This document shows, piece by piece, positions 1-8,753 of a DNA stretch of 42,041 bases; within the stretch, counting starts at the first letter, position 1, and every line of letters begins with the position of its first letter. Origin of the DNA: a virus (taxonomy: Duplodnaviria > Caudoviricetes); IMG/VR virus record IMGVR_UViG_3300027790_000536, positions 1 to 42,041 of that record, one strand, 5' to 3'. The notes below the pieces were generated by a model. The model made no database searches. It worked only from the letters and a program-made list of their open reading frames with translations, and was not told where the DNA came from. The translations under genes were made by a program, and so were the position numbers.

Positions 1-336
1 ATGGACTCGATCAATCCGAGCGCCAAGAGCGGAGCGAAGCCCGCCGTCGACAAGCGCATCGAGCAGGCCGCCCGCATCAAGGCTCGCCTGTATGAAGCTG
101 GCTACAAGCTCAGCGACATAGACCGCGATTTCAAACTCCCCCCAGGGACGGCGCGCGACGCATTGCGCGCGCCGAACCGAAAGGGGGAGCGGGCGATCGC
201 CTCCGCTCTCGGAACCAGACCAGAGCTGCTGTGGCGTGACCGCTATCACGCTTCCGGTCGAAGGAAATCACCCCAGGATCATTCCCGCCCGCCGACGATG
301 GCGCAACGTCGAAAAGAGGCGGGGGCGCTGACATGA
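1..336 (+). CDS. ner: Ner/Nlp-family transcriptional regulator
   Basis: IKARL...LSDI...ALRAPNRKGERAIASALGTRPELLWRDRY matches the Ner pattern; first gene of the early operon. Confidence 0.88.
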   Translation: MDSINPSAKSGAKPAVDKRIEQAARIKARLYEAGYKLSDIDRDFKLPPGTARDALRAPNRKGERAIASALGTRPELLWRDRYHASGRRKSPQDHSRPPTMAQRRKEAGALT

Positions 337-713
337 GAGCCCTCCATTCAAGCGATGCCGGCAGAGTGCCAGCCGAGCCGTTTCCCGACTGCGCCGAAAC
401 GGCGGTGCTTGGTCACCTGCGCCGCGCGCAGTGCCTCTTCTTCAAAACGCCGGAGGATATCGCGGGCGAATTCGCTGCTTTCGACGGGTTCATCGCCGAA
501 GCCGAGAAAATCGTCGTGATGCGTCTGGCGCGCGGTACGGCGTCCGTGCCGCCCGCTCCAGACATGGACGAAACCGAACGGAACCTGCGCGCGATCGATG
601 CCGGGCAGAGGCGGGCGCGGCGCGAGGCGCATCTGACCGCCTACGCGATCATCGGGATCTCTATCGTCGCGGTCGTGGCGGCGGCTCTCCGGTTCACGGG
701 AGTCGGGGCATGA
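333..713 (+). CDS. hypothetical protein with C-terminal transmembrane helix
   Basis: ATGA overlap with ner; hydrophobic AYAIIGISIVAVVAAAL. Confidence 0.7.
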   Translation: MRALHSSDAGRVPAEPFPDCAETAVLGHLRRAQCLFFKTPEDIAGEFAAFDGFIAEAEKIVVMRLARGTASVPPAPDMDETERNLRAIDAGQRRARREAHLTAYAIIGISIVAVVAAALRFTGVGA

Positions 714-1042
714 TCACGAACCACACCCGCAGCGTCGTCGAGGAAGTGTTTGCCGAGCGCGTCCGGCAGGTCGATGTCGAAGGCTTCACGCCCGAGGGCG
801 ACGACGTGATGAACCATCCGGGCGATCTCGCCCGCGCTGCCTGCGTGTATGCGCTGCCACACCATCTGGCCAACATCTATGTCGTAAGCCGCGGCGGTCC
901 TCTGTGGGCAGCGTTGTGGCCCTGGCAGGGCGATGCGCTCAAGCCCAAGAACCGCCGCCGCGATCTCGTTCGCGCCGCTGCGCTGCTGATTGCAGAGATC
1001 GAGCAACAGGATCGCTATTCCGAAGGGCGGTCTGATGACTGA
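710..1042 (+). CDS. conserved phage hypothetical protein (WPW...RRRDLVRAAALLIAEIE type)
   Basis: ATG 710 overlaps upstream TGA; AERVRQ..EGF and WPW..KP..RRRDLVRAAALL motifs typical of phage accessory proteins. Confidence 0.75.
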   Translation: MITNHTRSVVEEVFAERVRQVDVEGFTPEGDDVMNHPGDLARAACVYALPHHLANIYVVSRGGPLWAALWPWQGDALKPKNRRRDLVRAAALLIAEIEQQDRYSEGRSDD

Positions 1043-1460
1043 GCCGTTCCCGCTTTTATTCCAGGCGCTCGCGCAATCGACTGCCGTTTCCGAACCCGAG
1101 ACGCCGGCGACCTATCTCATGAGCGGCCGCGAAGCCGTCGTGCCGCTGTTCGAGGCGAGCGTGCGCGGTGTGAAGAGCCGCTTTCCGCACCTCTCCGAGG
1201 CGGACATCGCCTCGCCGCCGCATCACTGGTTCGACGCCGCCCTGGCGCGCCAGATCGCACTGCATCTGCTCGTCCAGCATTTCGACGTGCCGAAGCGCGC
1301 CGTGTCGGAGGAACTGGAGCGTTCCCGCGAGGCGGTGAACCGGGCGCTGCGCACGATCGACGAGCGCCTGCAGTACCCCGAATTCCAGGACGCCTATGAG
1401 GCGATGGCCGAGAGCGCCCATGCAGCGCTGAAGGACGGAGGCGACGATGAGCAAGATTGA
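1035..1460 (+). CDS. DnaA C-terminal-like HTH protein (divergent)
   Basis: ATG 1035; ALARQIALHLL...VSEELERSREAVNRALRTIDE resembles the Bac_DnaA_C helices. Confidence 0.55.
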   Translation: MTEPFPLLFQALAQSTAVSEPETPATYLMSGREAVVPLFEASVRGVKSRFPHLSEADIASPPHHWFDAALARQIALHLLVQHFDVPKRAVSEELERSREAVNRALRTIDERLQYPEFQDAYEAMAESAHAALKDGGDDEQD

Positions 1461-2301
1461 GGCCGTTGCCATCGCTGACATCCATGTGCCGGAGCGCTTG
1501 CGCGAGGTCGACATGGACCATGTCTATGCGATCCAGACTTCCATCGTCGAACACGGACTTCTCAACCCGATTACCGTACGACGGACGCCAAACGCAAAAG
1601 GTGGCAAGTTCACGCTCGTCGCGGGCGCTCACCGGCTGAAGGCTATTTCGGAAAACGAAGAGACCGAAATCGACGCGATCATTGTCGAAGCGGACAAGCT
1701 GACCGCTGTGCTGATGGAGATCGAGGAGAACCTCTTCCGCAACGATCTCTCGGCGCTCGATCGGGCGATCTTCGTGCAGACCTATCGCGAAGTCTGGGAG
1801 CAGAAGCACGGCAAGATCAAGCGCGGCGGAGACCAAAGTGCAAACTTTGCACTTTGCCCCGTGGACGTCCTGCAGGAAGAGGCGGAACGAGGGTTCGCAG
1901 TGCATTGCGCCGAGCGTCTCGGCTGCTCGAAGCGCACCATCTACATGGCGCAGGAAATCAGCGCGAAGCTTCCTCGCGATATTCGCCGTCGCCTGCAGGG
2001 CACACCCGCCGCCGATAACCAGTCCGCCCTCCTGAAGCTCGCCAAGCTTCCGGCCGAGAAGCTCGCCAATGCGGCCAAGGTCTTCGACACGGTCGAGGGC
2101 GACTTCGACAAGATGATGGAGGCTCTCGGCGATCCGAAGCCGAAACAGAGCACCGCCGACCAGCTCCGATCCCGCCTGATCGACACATGGGGCCGGATCA
2201 AGCCGAAAGACCGCATCGCCTTCGTGCGCGATCACCGCGCCGAGATCGAGGCGGCGCTCGCAGCGCTGGACGCGGAGTCGGTCAAGGGGGGGGCAAACTG
2301 A
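1447..2301 (+). CDS. ParB N-terminal domain protein with HTH
   Basis: SIVEHGLLNPITVR, AGAHRLKA (GxxRxxA arginine patch), EIEENLFRNDLS, downstream HTH AERLGCSKRTI. Confidence 0.88.
   Translation: MSKIEAVAIADIHVPERLREVDMDHVYAIQTSIVEHGLLNPITVRRTPNAKGGKFTLVAGAHRLKAISENEETEIDAIIVEADKLTAVLMEIEENLFRNDLSALDRAIFVQTYREVWEQKHGKIKRGGDQSANFALCPVDVLQEEAERGFAVHCAERLGCSKRTIYMAQEISAKLPRDIRRRLQGTPAADNQSALLKLAKLPAEKLANAAKVFDTVEGDFDKMMEALGDPKPKQSTADQLRSRLIDTWGRIKPKDRIAFVRDHRAEIEAALAALDAESVKGGAN
1834..1856. repeat. perfect 11-1-11 inverted repeat CAAAGTGCAAA-C-TTTGCACTTTG inside the parB-like CDS
   Basis: read directly from the sequence; AT-rich in a GC-rich gene. Confidence 0.9.
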
Positions 2302-2357
2302 TGCCGGACCCAAACCAGATCGACCTTGTGGAACTCCTGTCTGGAGGCGCGGCATGA
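2301..2357 (+). CDS. 18-aa micro-ORF MPDPNQIDLVELLSGGAA, or a -1 frame extension of ParB
   Basis: TGATG overlap with parB stop and ATGA overlap with the next gene; not in ORF track. Confidence 0.55.
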   Translation: MPDPNQIDLVELLSGGAA

Positions 2358-2605
2358 GCTGGCAAGCCACCCAGGATTTCGCCGAGCGTCTGCGCGATCT
2401 CAAGTCCAGCCATGGCTGGACGATCGAGGACATGGCCGCGATGTGCGAACTGCCGAAGCGGACGCTCGAGGGCCATCTCGCCTGGCGCAACACCACCGAG
2501 CCGTCGCTCGGAACGCTTGCGAAACTCGCGACCGGGCTGGACGTTTCGCTCAACTGGCTGGCGCTCGGCAAGGGGCCAATCCCGCTCCCGGAGAAGCGGT
2601 CATGA
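2354..2605 (+). CDS. XRE-family HTH regulator
   Basis: FAERLRDLK..GWTIEDMAAMCEL...EPSLGTLAKLATGLDVSLNWLALGKG; GGAGG RBS. Confidence 0.85.
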   Translation: MSWQATQDFAERLRDLKSSHGWTIEDMAAMCELPKRTLEGHLAWRNTTEPSLGTLAKLATGLDVSLNWLALGKGPIPLPEKRS

Positions 2606-2850
2606 GCGTTTGCCGCTTCCCCGCATGCGAATCCGAAACGGGCGGTCGGGACGCAGTGTTCTGCGCCGATCACCATTTCGCCTGCACACGGGCCGAGGCG
2701 GGCTTTCTTCTTCGCATCAGCATTTCGGCACGGCGCGCAGAATCGCCGGCCGACCGCGAACATCTGCGCGAGCAGCTCAACGGCTACGTCGCCCAGACCG
2801 TTCGCAAGATCCAGGAGAGACAGGACAAAGGGGCTTCAAGTGTTGCGTAA
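2602..2850 (+). CDS. hypothetical protein with Cys/His motif (CxxxxC...CxxH)
   Basis: ATGA coupling; MSVCRFPAC...FCADHH. Confidence 0.65.
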   Translation: MSVCRFPACESETGGRDAVFCADHHFACTRAEAGFLLRISISARRAESPADREHLREQLNGYVAQTVRKIQERQDKGASSVA

Positions 2851-3304
2851 TCCTCCCCATGCCGGCCAGGGCGATCTGTTCGCCAAAGCCGTTTTCGAAA
2901 GCCGCGAGGCGGCTCCCGTGCTGGACGCCGACCGGTTCCGGCTGCGGATCAAGGCCGCCATGTCGGCGGCCATCAGCGATCGGAACCTCGATCGTCACGA
3001 GATCGCATCCGAGATGGCCCAGTCACTGAACGCGCCGAACCTCTCGAAGGCGATGCTCGACGCCTACACGTCGCCGGCCAAAGACCAGGACATCACGCTG
3101 GTCCGTTTCAAGGCGCTGGTCCGGGCGATCGACGCTCCTGAGCTCTGGGATGTCGCGGTTTCCGATGACGGGCTTCTCGTCCTGCGCGGCGACGAGGCGC
3201 GTCTCGCCGAGATCGCACGGCTTCAACAGGAACAACGCGCCATCGGAAGCCGGCTGAAGACGCTGCGCTCGGTCCCGGTGAACATCACGCGGGAGGAGCG
3301 TTGA
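2840..3304 (+). CDS. conserved Mu-like phage protein upstream of transposase
   Basis: GTG start; R..IASEM...LSKAMLDAYTSPAK pattern; immediately upstream of A; N-terminal QGDLF. Confidence 0.75.
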   Translation: MLRNPPHAGQGDLFAKAVFESREAAPVLDADRFRLRIKAAMSAAISDRNLDRHEIASEMAQSLNAPNLSKAMLDAYTSPAKDQDITLVRFKALVRAIDAPELWDVAVSDDGLLVLRGDEARLAEIARLQQEQRAIGSRLKTLRSVPVNITREER

Positions 3305-3308
3305 TCGC

Positions 3309-5237
3309 ATGAAGGAGTGGCTGACCCCGCGCGAGATCGCCGAGCTTTCGACTGGCGAACTTCCAGGCACCGAGCGGAACATAAACCAACTCGCCAAGCG
3401 CGAGGGCTGGCGCAACCGTGCCAACCAGGCGCGCAAGTCGGCGTCGCGCGGGGGCGGCTGGGAATACCACGTCTCGCTGCTCCCCGGCTCCATGCAGGCG
3501 CGGCTGATGGTGACGCACATGGCGCCGGCCAACGAAAACACCGATGCAGTCGAGAGCGCCCGGAGCGTCCTTTGGGAGCGTTTCGAAGGCCTTTCGAGCG
3601 ATCATAAACAGACGGCCCGGACCCGGCTGGATATCGTCGAACATTTCGAGACGCTCAGGCGTGGCGGGCTCGGCAAGACGGCGGCCGTGCGGCTGGCAGC
3701 AAAGCGAAACGATATTTCGGCAGCGACCCTGCAGGGCTGGCTCGCGAAGATCTCGAATGTCGAGCGGGCCGACCGCCTCGCAGCGCTCGCACCGGACTAC
3801 AAGGGCGCGACAGATCGCGCCGAATGCGACCCACGCGCCTATGCCGCGCTCAAGTCGGATTACCTTCGGCCAGAACGCCCGAGCTTCTCGGCCTGCTATC
3901 GCCGCATGAAGGCGGGCGCCGCGCAGCATGGCTGGAAGCCGATCCCTTCCGAACGCGCGCTGCGCCGGCACCTCGACGCCGATGTGCCGAAAGCAACGCA
4001 GGTGCTCGCCCGCAACGGCCGCGACAAGGCGAAGACGCTCTATCCCGCGCAGAAGCGGACGCGCGGCCACCTGCATGCCATGCAGGCCGTCAATATCGAC
4101 GGCCACAAGCTCGACCTGTTCGTGCGCTGGCCGGGCCGGGAGCAGCCGGTGCGCGTCTACATGATCGCGCTGCAGGATCTCTATTCCGGCAAGTTCCTCG
4201 CCTGGCGGCTCTCGGAGAGCGAGAACAAGGAAACTACCCGCCTTGTCATCGGCGACATGGTCGAGCGCTACGGCATCCCGGACATGCTCTATTCCGACAA
4301 TGGCCGCGCCTTCGCCTCGAAGTGGATTACAGGCGGCATCGCCAACCGGTACCGGTTCAAGGTGCGCGAGGAAGAGCCGCAGGGCCTGCTGACAACGCTC
4401 GGCGTCGAGGTGCACTGGACGACGCCCTATTCGGGCCAGTCGAAGCCGATCGAGCGCGCCTTCCGGGATCTCGCCGACACGATCTGCAAGCATCCGCTTT
4501 GTTCCGGTTGCTACACGGGAAACACACCGGACGCGAAACCCGAGAACTACGGCTCGAAGGCGATCGAGCTGGAGACCCTGCGCGACCATGTCGATGCCTG
4601 CATGGCCGAGCACAATGGCCGGCCCGGCCGGCGTGCCGCGCACCTCCACGGGCGCAGCTTCGACGTGGCCTTTTCCGAAAGCCTTGCTGACCCCTCGACG
4701 GTGGTGCGCTGGCCGACGAGAGCACAGCGATCGCTCTGGCTTTTGGCCGGCGAGCGGATCCGCGCCTCGAAAGGCAATGGCGAGATCGGTCTTCTTGGCA
4801 GTCGGTACTGGAATGAAGCGCTTGCGGCGTGGGCCGGCAAGCTCGTGACGGTGCGTTTCGATCCCGACGATCTGTCTCGGGATGTCCAGGTCTACGACGC
4901 CAGCGACCGCCTGATCTGCGCGGCCCAGCTGATCGGCCTCACCGAGTTCGACAATGCCGAAGAAGCCCGCGAACACGCGGCGCGGCGCAACCGGTTCATC
5001 CGGGCAAATCGCGCGGTGCAGAAGCTCCACACCGAACACACGGCCGACGAGCTGGCGCGGATCTACGCGGCCGGCGAACCGGAGAAGCCGAAGCCGCAGA
5101 GGCCGAAGGTTACGCGCATCGCGGTCGCGGGCGGCCCGGCGGCGGCCGCTGTCGAGCAGGCCGAATGGGATCAAGAGGCAGAGGAGGGATTTTCACGCGG
5201 TCTGCGCCTGGTGGCGGCAAGCCGCGAGGATGTGTGA
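3309..5237 (+). CDS. muA: Mu-type DDE transposase A
   Basis: N-terminal Mu HTH (EWLTPREIA..LPGT...AKREGW), NIDGH, YSDNGRAF, GQSKPIERAF, C-terminal VRFDPDDL. Confidence 0.96.
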   Translation: MKEWLTPREIAELSTGELPGTERNINQLAKREGWRNRANQARKSASRGGGWEYHVSLLPGSMQARLMVTHMAPANENTDAVESARSVLWERFEGLSSDHKQTARTRLDIVEHFETLRRGGLGKTAAVRLAAKRNDISAATLQGWLAKISNVERADRLAALAPDYKGATDRAECDPRAYAALKSDYLRPERPSFSACYRRMKAGAAQHGWKPIPSERALRRHLDADVPKATQVLARNGRDKAKTLYPAQKRTRGHLHAMQAVNIDGHKLDLFVRWPGREQPVRVYMIALQDLYSGKFLAWRLSESENKETTRLVIGDMVERYGIPDMLYSDNGRAFASKWITGGIANRYRFKVREEEPQGLLTTLGVEVHWTTPYSGQSKPIERAFRDLADTICKHPLCSGCYTGNTPDAKPENYGSKAIELETLRDHVDACMAEHNGRPGRRAAHLHGRSFDVAFSESLADPSTVVRWPTRAQRSLWLLAGERIRASKGNGEIGLLGSRYWNEALAAWAGKLVTVRFDPDDLSRDVQVYDASDRLICAAQLIGLTEFDNAEEAREHAARRNRFIRANRAVQKLHTEHTADELARIYAAGEPEKPKPQRPKVTRIAVAGGPAAAAVEQAEWDQEAEEGFSRGLRLVAASREDV

Positions 5238-5287
5238 TCCGCCGGTGCGGTCGGCGGGACGTGCGCAAGATGGTTCAGGGTAGGCGC

Positions 5288-5315
5288 AAAGAAAAAGGCG
5301 GGAATGAACCCGCCT
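5288..5315 (-). terminator. putative intrinsic terminator on the minus strand between A and B
   Basis: AGGCGGG(5296-5302)/CCCGCCT(5309-5315) stem; the A-rich run on its left is a U-tract on the minus strand. Confidence 0.55.
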
Positions 5316-5357
5316 CAAAAGAACGCCGCAGAAGCGGCACCAACAAAGGAAGTCTAC

Positions 5358-6380
5358 ATGAGCACCGACAATAGCACAAGCTGGCCACTGCCCGACATGA
5401 CCAGGCCGTTCGAAAGCGGTCCGGGACGTTCGGAAGCAGACTATGTGACCTGGAAGACGCAGGTCGCGAAGGTAAATTCGATCGCTGCGCGTAACCGCTG
5501 GACCAAGGCCGAGGCTGCGCGCCAGATCGGTCTCGCAGACGGAACATTCCATGGCTGGTACGGCGGCACCTACAAGGGCCGCTTCGACAATATCAATGAG
5601 AAGGTTGCCGCCTGGCTGGATGCCCATGACGAGCGGGCCGCGCTCGCGGCGACGATTCCGGCTTCACCGCCGTTCGTCAATACGGCGGTTGCCGGTGAGA
5701 TCACCGATCTGCTTCGCGCGGCACAGGCCATGCCCGCCCTCGTCATGGGGGCGATCGCCGCCGGCATGGGAAAATCCACGGTTGCCCGGCATTACTGCGA
5801 AACGCAGCCGCACAGCTTCCTCGTCACGGTCAGCCCGCATACCCGCACAGTCCACGCCATGCTCCACGCAATTGCGCGGAAAATTGGCGTGCGGCAGCGC
5901 GACTCGACCGGCCTGTCATACAGCATCGGCGATCGGCTCCGCCGCAAGGGCGCGGGCACACTGTTGATCGTCGATGAGGCTCAAAACCTCGTCAATGACG
6001 CGGTCAATGAGGTTCGCCATTTCGTCGATATTTATGAATGCGGCGTCGCGATTCTCGGCAATACCGAGACCTATACGCGTTTCACGCCGACCACCGCGGA
6101 CGACCCGACCTTTGCGCAGTTGCGCAGCCGGTTCTTCAAACGCATGAGGCGCGACATGCCCAGCTCGAGCGATCTGGGCCTGTTCATCAAAGCCTGCGGC
6201 ATCACGGCCGAAGACCAGGTTCGATTTCTGACCGGCGTTGGAATGAAACCCGGCGCCTTCAGGCAAGTCGATATGACCGTGAAGCTCGCCAAGATGAAAG
6301 CACTCGGCGAAGGCCACGATGTGACGCTGGCGGATCTCAAAGCCGCCTGGAAGAACCGCGACGTGGAGGGGCTGGCATGA
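5358..6380 (+). CDS. muB: MuB-like AAA ATPase (target capture)
   Basis: Walker A-like AAGMGKST, Walker B LLIVDEAQ, N-terminal HTH, FAQLRSR; AAGGA RBS before ATG 5358. Confidence 0.93.
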   Translation: MSTDNSTSWPLPDMTRPFESGPGRSEADYVTWKTQVAKVNSIAARNRWTKAEAARQIGLADGTFHGWYGGTYKGRFDNINEKVAAWLDAHDERAALAATIPASPPFVNTAVAGEITDLLRAAQAMPALVMGAIAAGMGKSTVARHYCETQPHSFLVTVSPHTRTVHAMLHAIARKIGVRQRDSTGLSYSIGDRLRRKGAGTLLIVDEAQNLVNDAVNEVRHFVDIYECGVAILGNTETYTRFTPTTADDPTFAQLRSRFFKRMRRDMPSSSDLGLFIKACGITAEDQVRFLTGVGMKPGAFRQVDMTVKLAKMKALGEGHDVTLADLKAAWKNRDVEGLA

Positions 6381-6634
6381 GCGCCGATACGCCCCCGCCC
6401 CTTCCGTCGATCGTCGACCTTGTCGCACGCCTGACCGCCAATCTGACCACACGCTTCAAACCGGGAGACCCGGTGGATGAAGACGCGTTCGACGAGATGG
6501 TCGGACATCTGCGCGATTTCCAACAACTGGCTGAAGCCGTCGATGCGGAACTCGGGATCTATCGCGAGTTGCTCCGCATGGCCGAGCGAGATCGGAATGC
6601 CGCCTTTCACCAGCAACCGGAGACCATGCAATGA
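6377..6634 (+). CDS. hypothetical protein
   Basis: ATGA coupled at both ends; GGAGG RBS. Confidence 0.65.
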   Translation: MSADTPPPLPSIVDLVARLTANLTTRFKPGDPVDEDAFDEMVGHLRDFQQLAEAVDAELGIYRELLRMAERDRNAAFHQQPETMQ

Positions 6635-6960
6635 GCCGGAACCAACAGAGACGCGCTCATCCGAGCGAACTCACCGACAAGATCAAGGCCTTCCGCGCCC
6701 GGTTCGAAAAGTACAGGGACTGCGGCCTTCAGACGAACCCGGACGGCGTCGCTATGCTGATTGGCGAGCTGGACGAGATCCTCGCCCAGGCATGGGAGTT
6801 CAAGGAGGAGCTTTCCGCGCTTCGCTGGAATTGGGAAGGCCGCACCGACCGGGCCGATGACGTGGTCAAGGCCATCCTGACGAATATCGCGGATCCGAAC
6901 TCCAACGTGGTGCCGCTGGCGCGCGGCCAGATGCCCTTCTCGGACGGAGGCGCCGCATGA
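6631..6960 (+). CDS. hypothetical protein
   Basis: coupled ORF ending GGAA, which carries the RBS for the next gene. Confidence 0.7.
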   Translation: MSRNQQRRAHPSELTDKIKAFRARFEKYRDCGLQTNPDGVAMLIGELDEILAQAWEFKEELSALRWNWEGRTDRADDVVKAILTNIADPNSNVVPLARGQMPFSDGGAA

Positions 6961-7631
6961 ACGCGCTCACCGGGCACAGCCATCCGGTCGCGATCAACGG
7001 CGAGCCGACCTGCGCCGTGATCGCGGAGGTGGTCGCGGAGTTCTACAAAGTGTGCCCCGCAGACCTCCTCTCACAGCGCCGGACAGACGCGCTCTCGCAT
7101 CCCCGCATGGTCGCCTACTACCTCTGCCGGATGCTGACCTCTAAGAGCCTTCCGGTAATCGGCAGGCACCTCGGTGGCCGCGACCACACCACCATTCGAC
7201 GTGGCGTCATCAAGATCGAGGAAGAACTGGCGACCAATCGCGAGCTCGAACAAGAGGTCGAAGCGATCGGTTCGACCCTGCAGGATCTGCTCTACAAGTT
7301 CGGGGTGGTGATCAATGATCGCTTTCCCGATCGCAGCGCGCCGGAAATCGCCCGGCGCGTCCTCTCCGGCCATCGCGGGGAATACGCTGTCTCGCTGACC
7401 GAACTCCGCGCGCTGCTGAACTTCGCTGCAAGTCCGCCGGCCGGGGATGTGGAGGAGGCAGAACCAACCATCAATCCGCTGAGAACGCCGGTTGCCAGGG
7501 CAATCGCGGCTTTCGCCGAATTCGAACGCGCCCGGTTTTCAATCGAAGAACGCCGGGCGCTCGACACCCTCACCCGAGAACTGAAGGACCTGCGCGATGC
7601 TTGGTCCGAAACCGAAAGGACAGACGCATGA
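6957..7631 (+). CDS. DnaA domain IV (Bac_DnaA_C) containing protein
   Basis: VAEFYKV..ADLLSQRRT...HPRMVAYYLCRMLTSKSLPVIGRHLGGRDHTTI closely follows the DnaA signature. Confidence 0.9.
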   Translation: MNALTGHSHPVAINGEPTCAVIAEVVAEFYKVCPADLLSQRRTDALSHPRMVAYYLCRMLTSKSLPVIGRHLGGRDHTTIRRGVIKIEEELATNRELEQEVEAIGSTLQDLLYKFGVVINDRFPDRSAPEIARRVLSGHRGEYAVSLTELRALLNFAASPPAGDVEEAEPTINPLRTPVARAIAAFAEFERARFSIEERRALDTLTRELKDLRDAWSETERTDA

Positions 7632-8290
7632 CCGAAGCAGTGATCCTCGAAGAGCGTGAAGACGAAGGCGTCACGATCGTCAACGGCAAGCCCTACATGG
7701 CCGACGCCAAAGGCAATCTCGTTCCCGCCGAAACCATCAAGCCGGCCGACAAGCTGGAAGACGAGACCGTGCGGAAGATCATGGGTTTCGCCCGCGAGCT
7801 GTCCGCGCAAATCGCCCGCTTCCGGGGCCACACCATGACGGACCTTGGCGAGTTCGACGCGCTGCTCGACCAGGAGTACGGCGCAAAGAAGGGCGGCAAG
7901 AAGGGCAACCGGACCTATCAGACCTTCGACGGGCTGATGAAGGTGCAGGTGCAGGTCTCCGACTTCGTCGATTTCGGGCCGCAGCTACAGGTGGCGAAGA
8001 CGCTGATCGACGAGTGCCTGAACGAATGGTCGGAGGACAGCCGGCCCGAGATCCGCGCGATCGTCACCCGCGCCTTCAACACCGACAAGGAAGGCCAGAT
8101 CAACCGCTCCGAGATCTTCATGCTGATGCGCCTCGACATCGAGGACGAGCGCTGGAAGCGGGCGATCGACGCGATCCGCGAGGCGATGCGGGTGACCGGT
8201 TCGAAGGAATATGTCCGCTTCTACGAGCGCAAGTCGGTCACGGATGGCTGGACCGCCGTCACGATCGACCTGGCGAAGGCAGGTGCGTGA
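7628..8290 (+). CDS. DUF3164-family Mu-like phage protein
   Basis: YMADAKGNLVP..IKPADKLEDE, YGAKKGGKKGN, W..AIDAI..A..VTGSKEYVRFYER. Confidence 0.85.
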   Translation: MTEAVILEEREDEGVTIVNGKPYMADAKGNLVPAETIKPADKLEDETVRKIMGFARELSAQIARFRGHTMTDLGEFDALLDQEYGAKKGGKKGNRTYQTFDGLMKVQVQVSDFVDFGPQLQVAKTLIDECLNEWSEDSRPEIRAIVTRAFNTDKEGQINRSEIFMLMRLDIEDERWKRAIDAIREAMRVTGSKEYVRFYERKSVTDGWTAVTIDLAKAGA

Positions 8291-8490
8291 TGAACATCAC
8301 CGCCAAGATCAACGAGCAAGCCTCGCTCGCCAGAGCCTATGCCAACGACGGTGCGTTGCACAGCGCGACCCGTGTGCTGCGTCAGCTCGCAGACGAGATC
8401 GAACAGCAAGCGATTCTCGCTGACAAGTTTCTCGAAGAGATGCTCACCCAGAGCAACGCGCAGCGCGACGACCGGAAGGCGGGTGCGTGA
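8290..8490 (+). CDS. hypothetical protein
   Basis: TGATG coupling; MNITAKINEQ... Confidence 0.6.
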   Translation: MNITAKINEQASLARAYANDGALHSATRVLRQLADEIEQQAILADKFLEEMLTQSNAQRDDRKAGA

Positions 8491-8753
8491 TGGGGATCAA
8501 CCTGCTCAACGACCCGCTCTATCGCGCCGTGGCCTATCTGGAGCGGTCGAAGAACGCCCGCATGACGGACAAGACCCGGCTCGGCGACCTGCTCATCGAG
8601 TTCGGAGGCTCCTACACGCCCGGCAACACGGAGAAACTCCGCGTCGCCGGCGTCTCGGTCAGCTGCACCGGCGGTACCGGAAACCTTCTCAGTGCCTGGA
8701 AGCGGAAGGCCGAGGACAAGCTCAACGCCGCCACGGAAAAGGCAGGCGCGTAA
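8487..8753 (+). CDS. hypothetical protein
   Basis: coupled ORF in the semi-essential region. Confidence 0.65.
   Translation: MMGINLLNDPLYRAVAYLERSKNARMTDKTRLGDLLIEFGGSYTPGNTEKLRVAGVSVSCTGGTGNLLSAWKRKAEDKLNAATEKAGA

Noticed and set aside
1117-2763. Long minus-strand ORFs (also 3285-5174, 18149-19741, 20676-22394, 29537-31528)
   Set aside because: Shadow ORFs opposite well-supported plus-strand genes in GC-rich DNA; no recognisable motifs.
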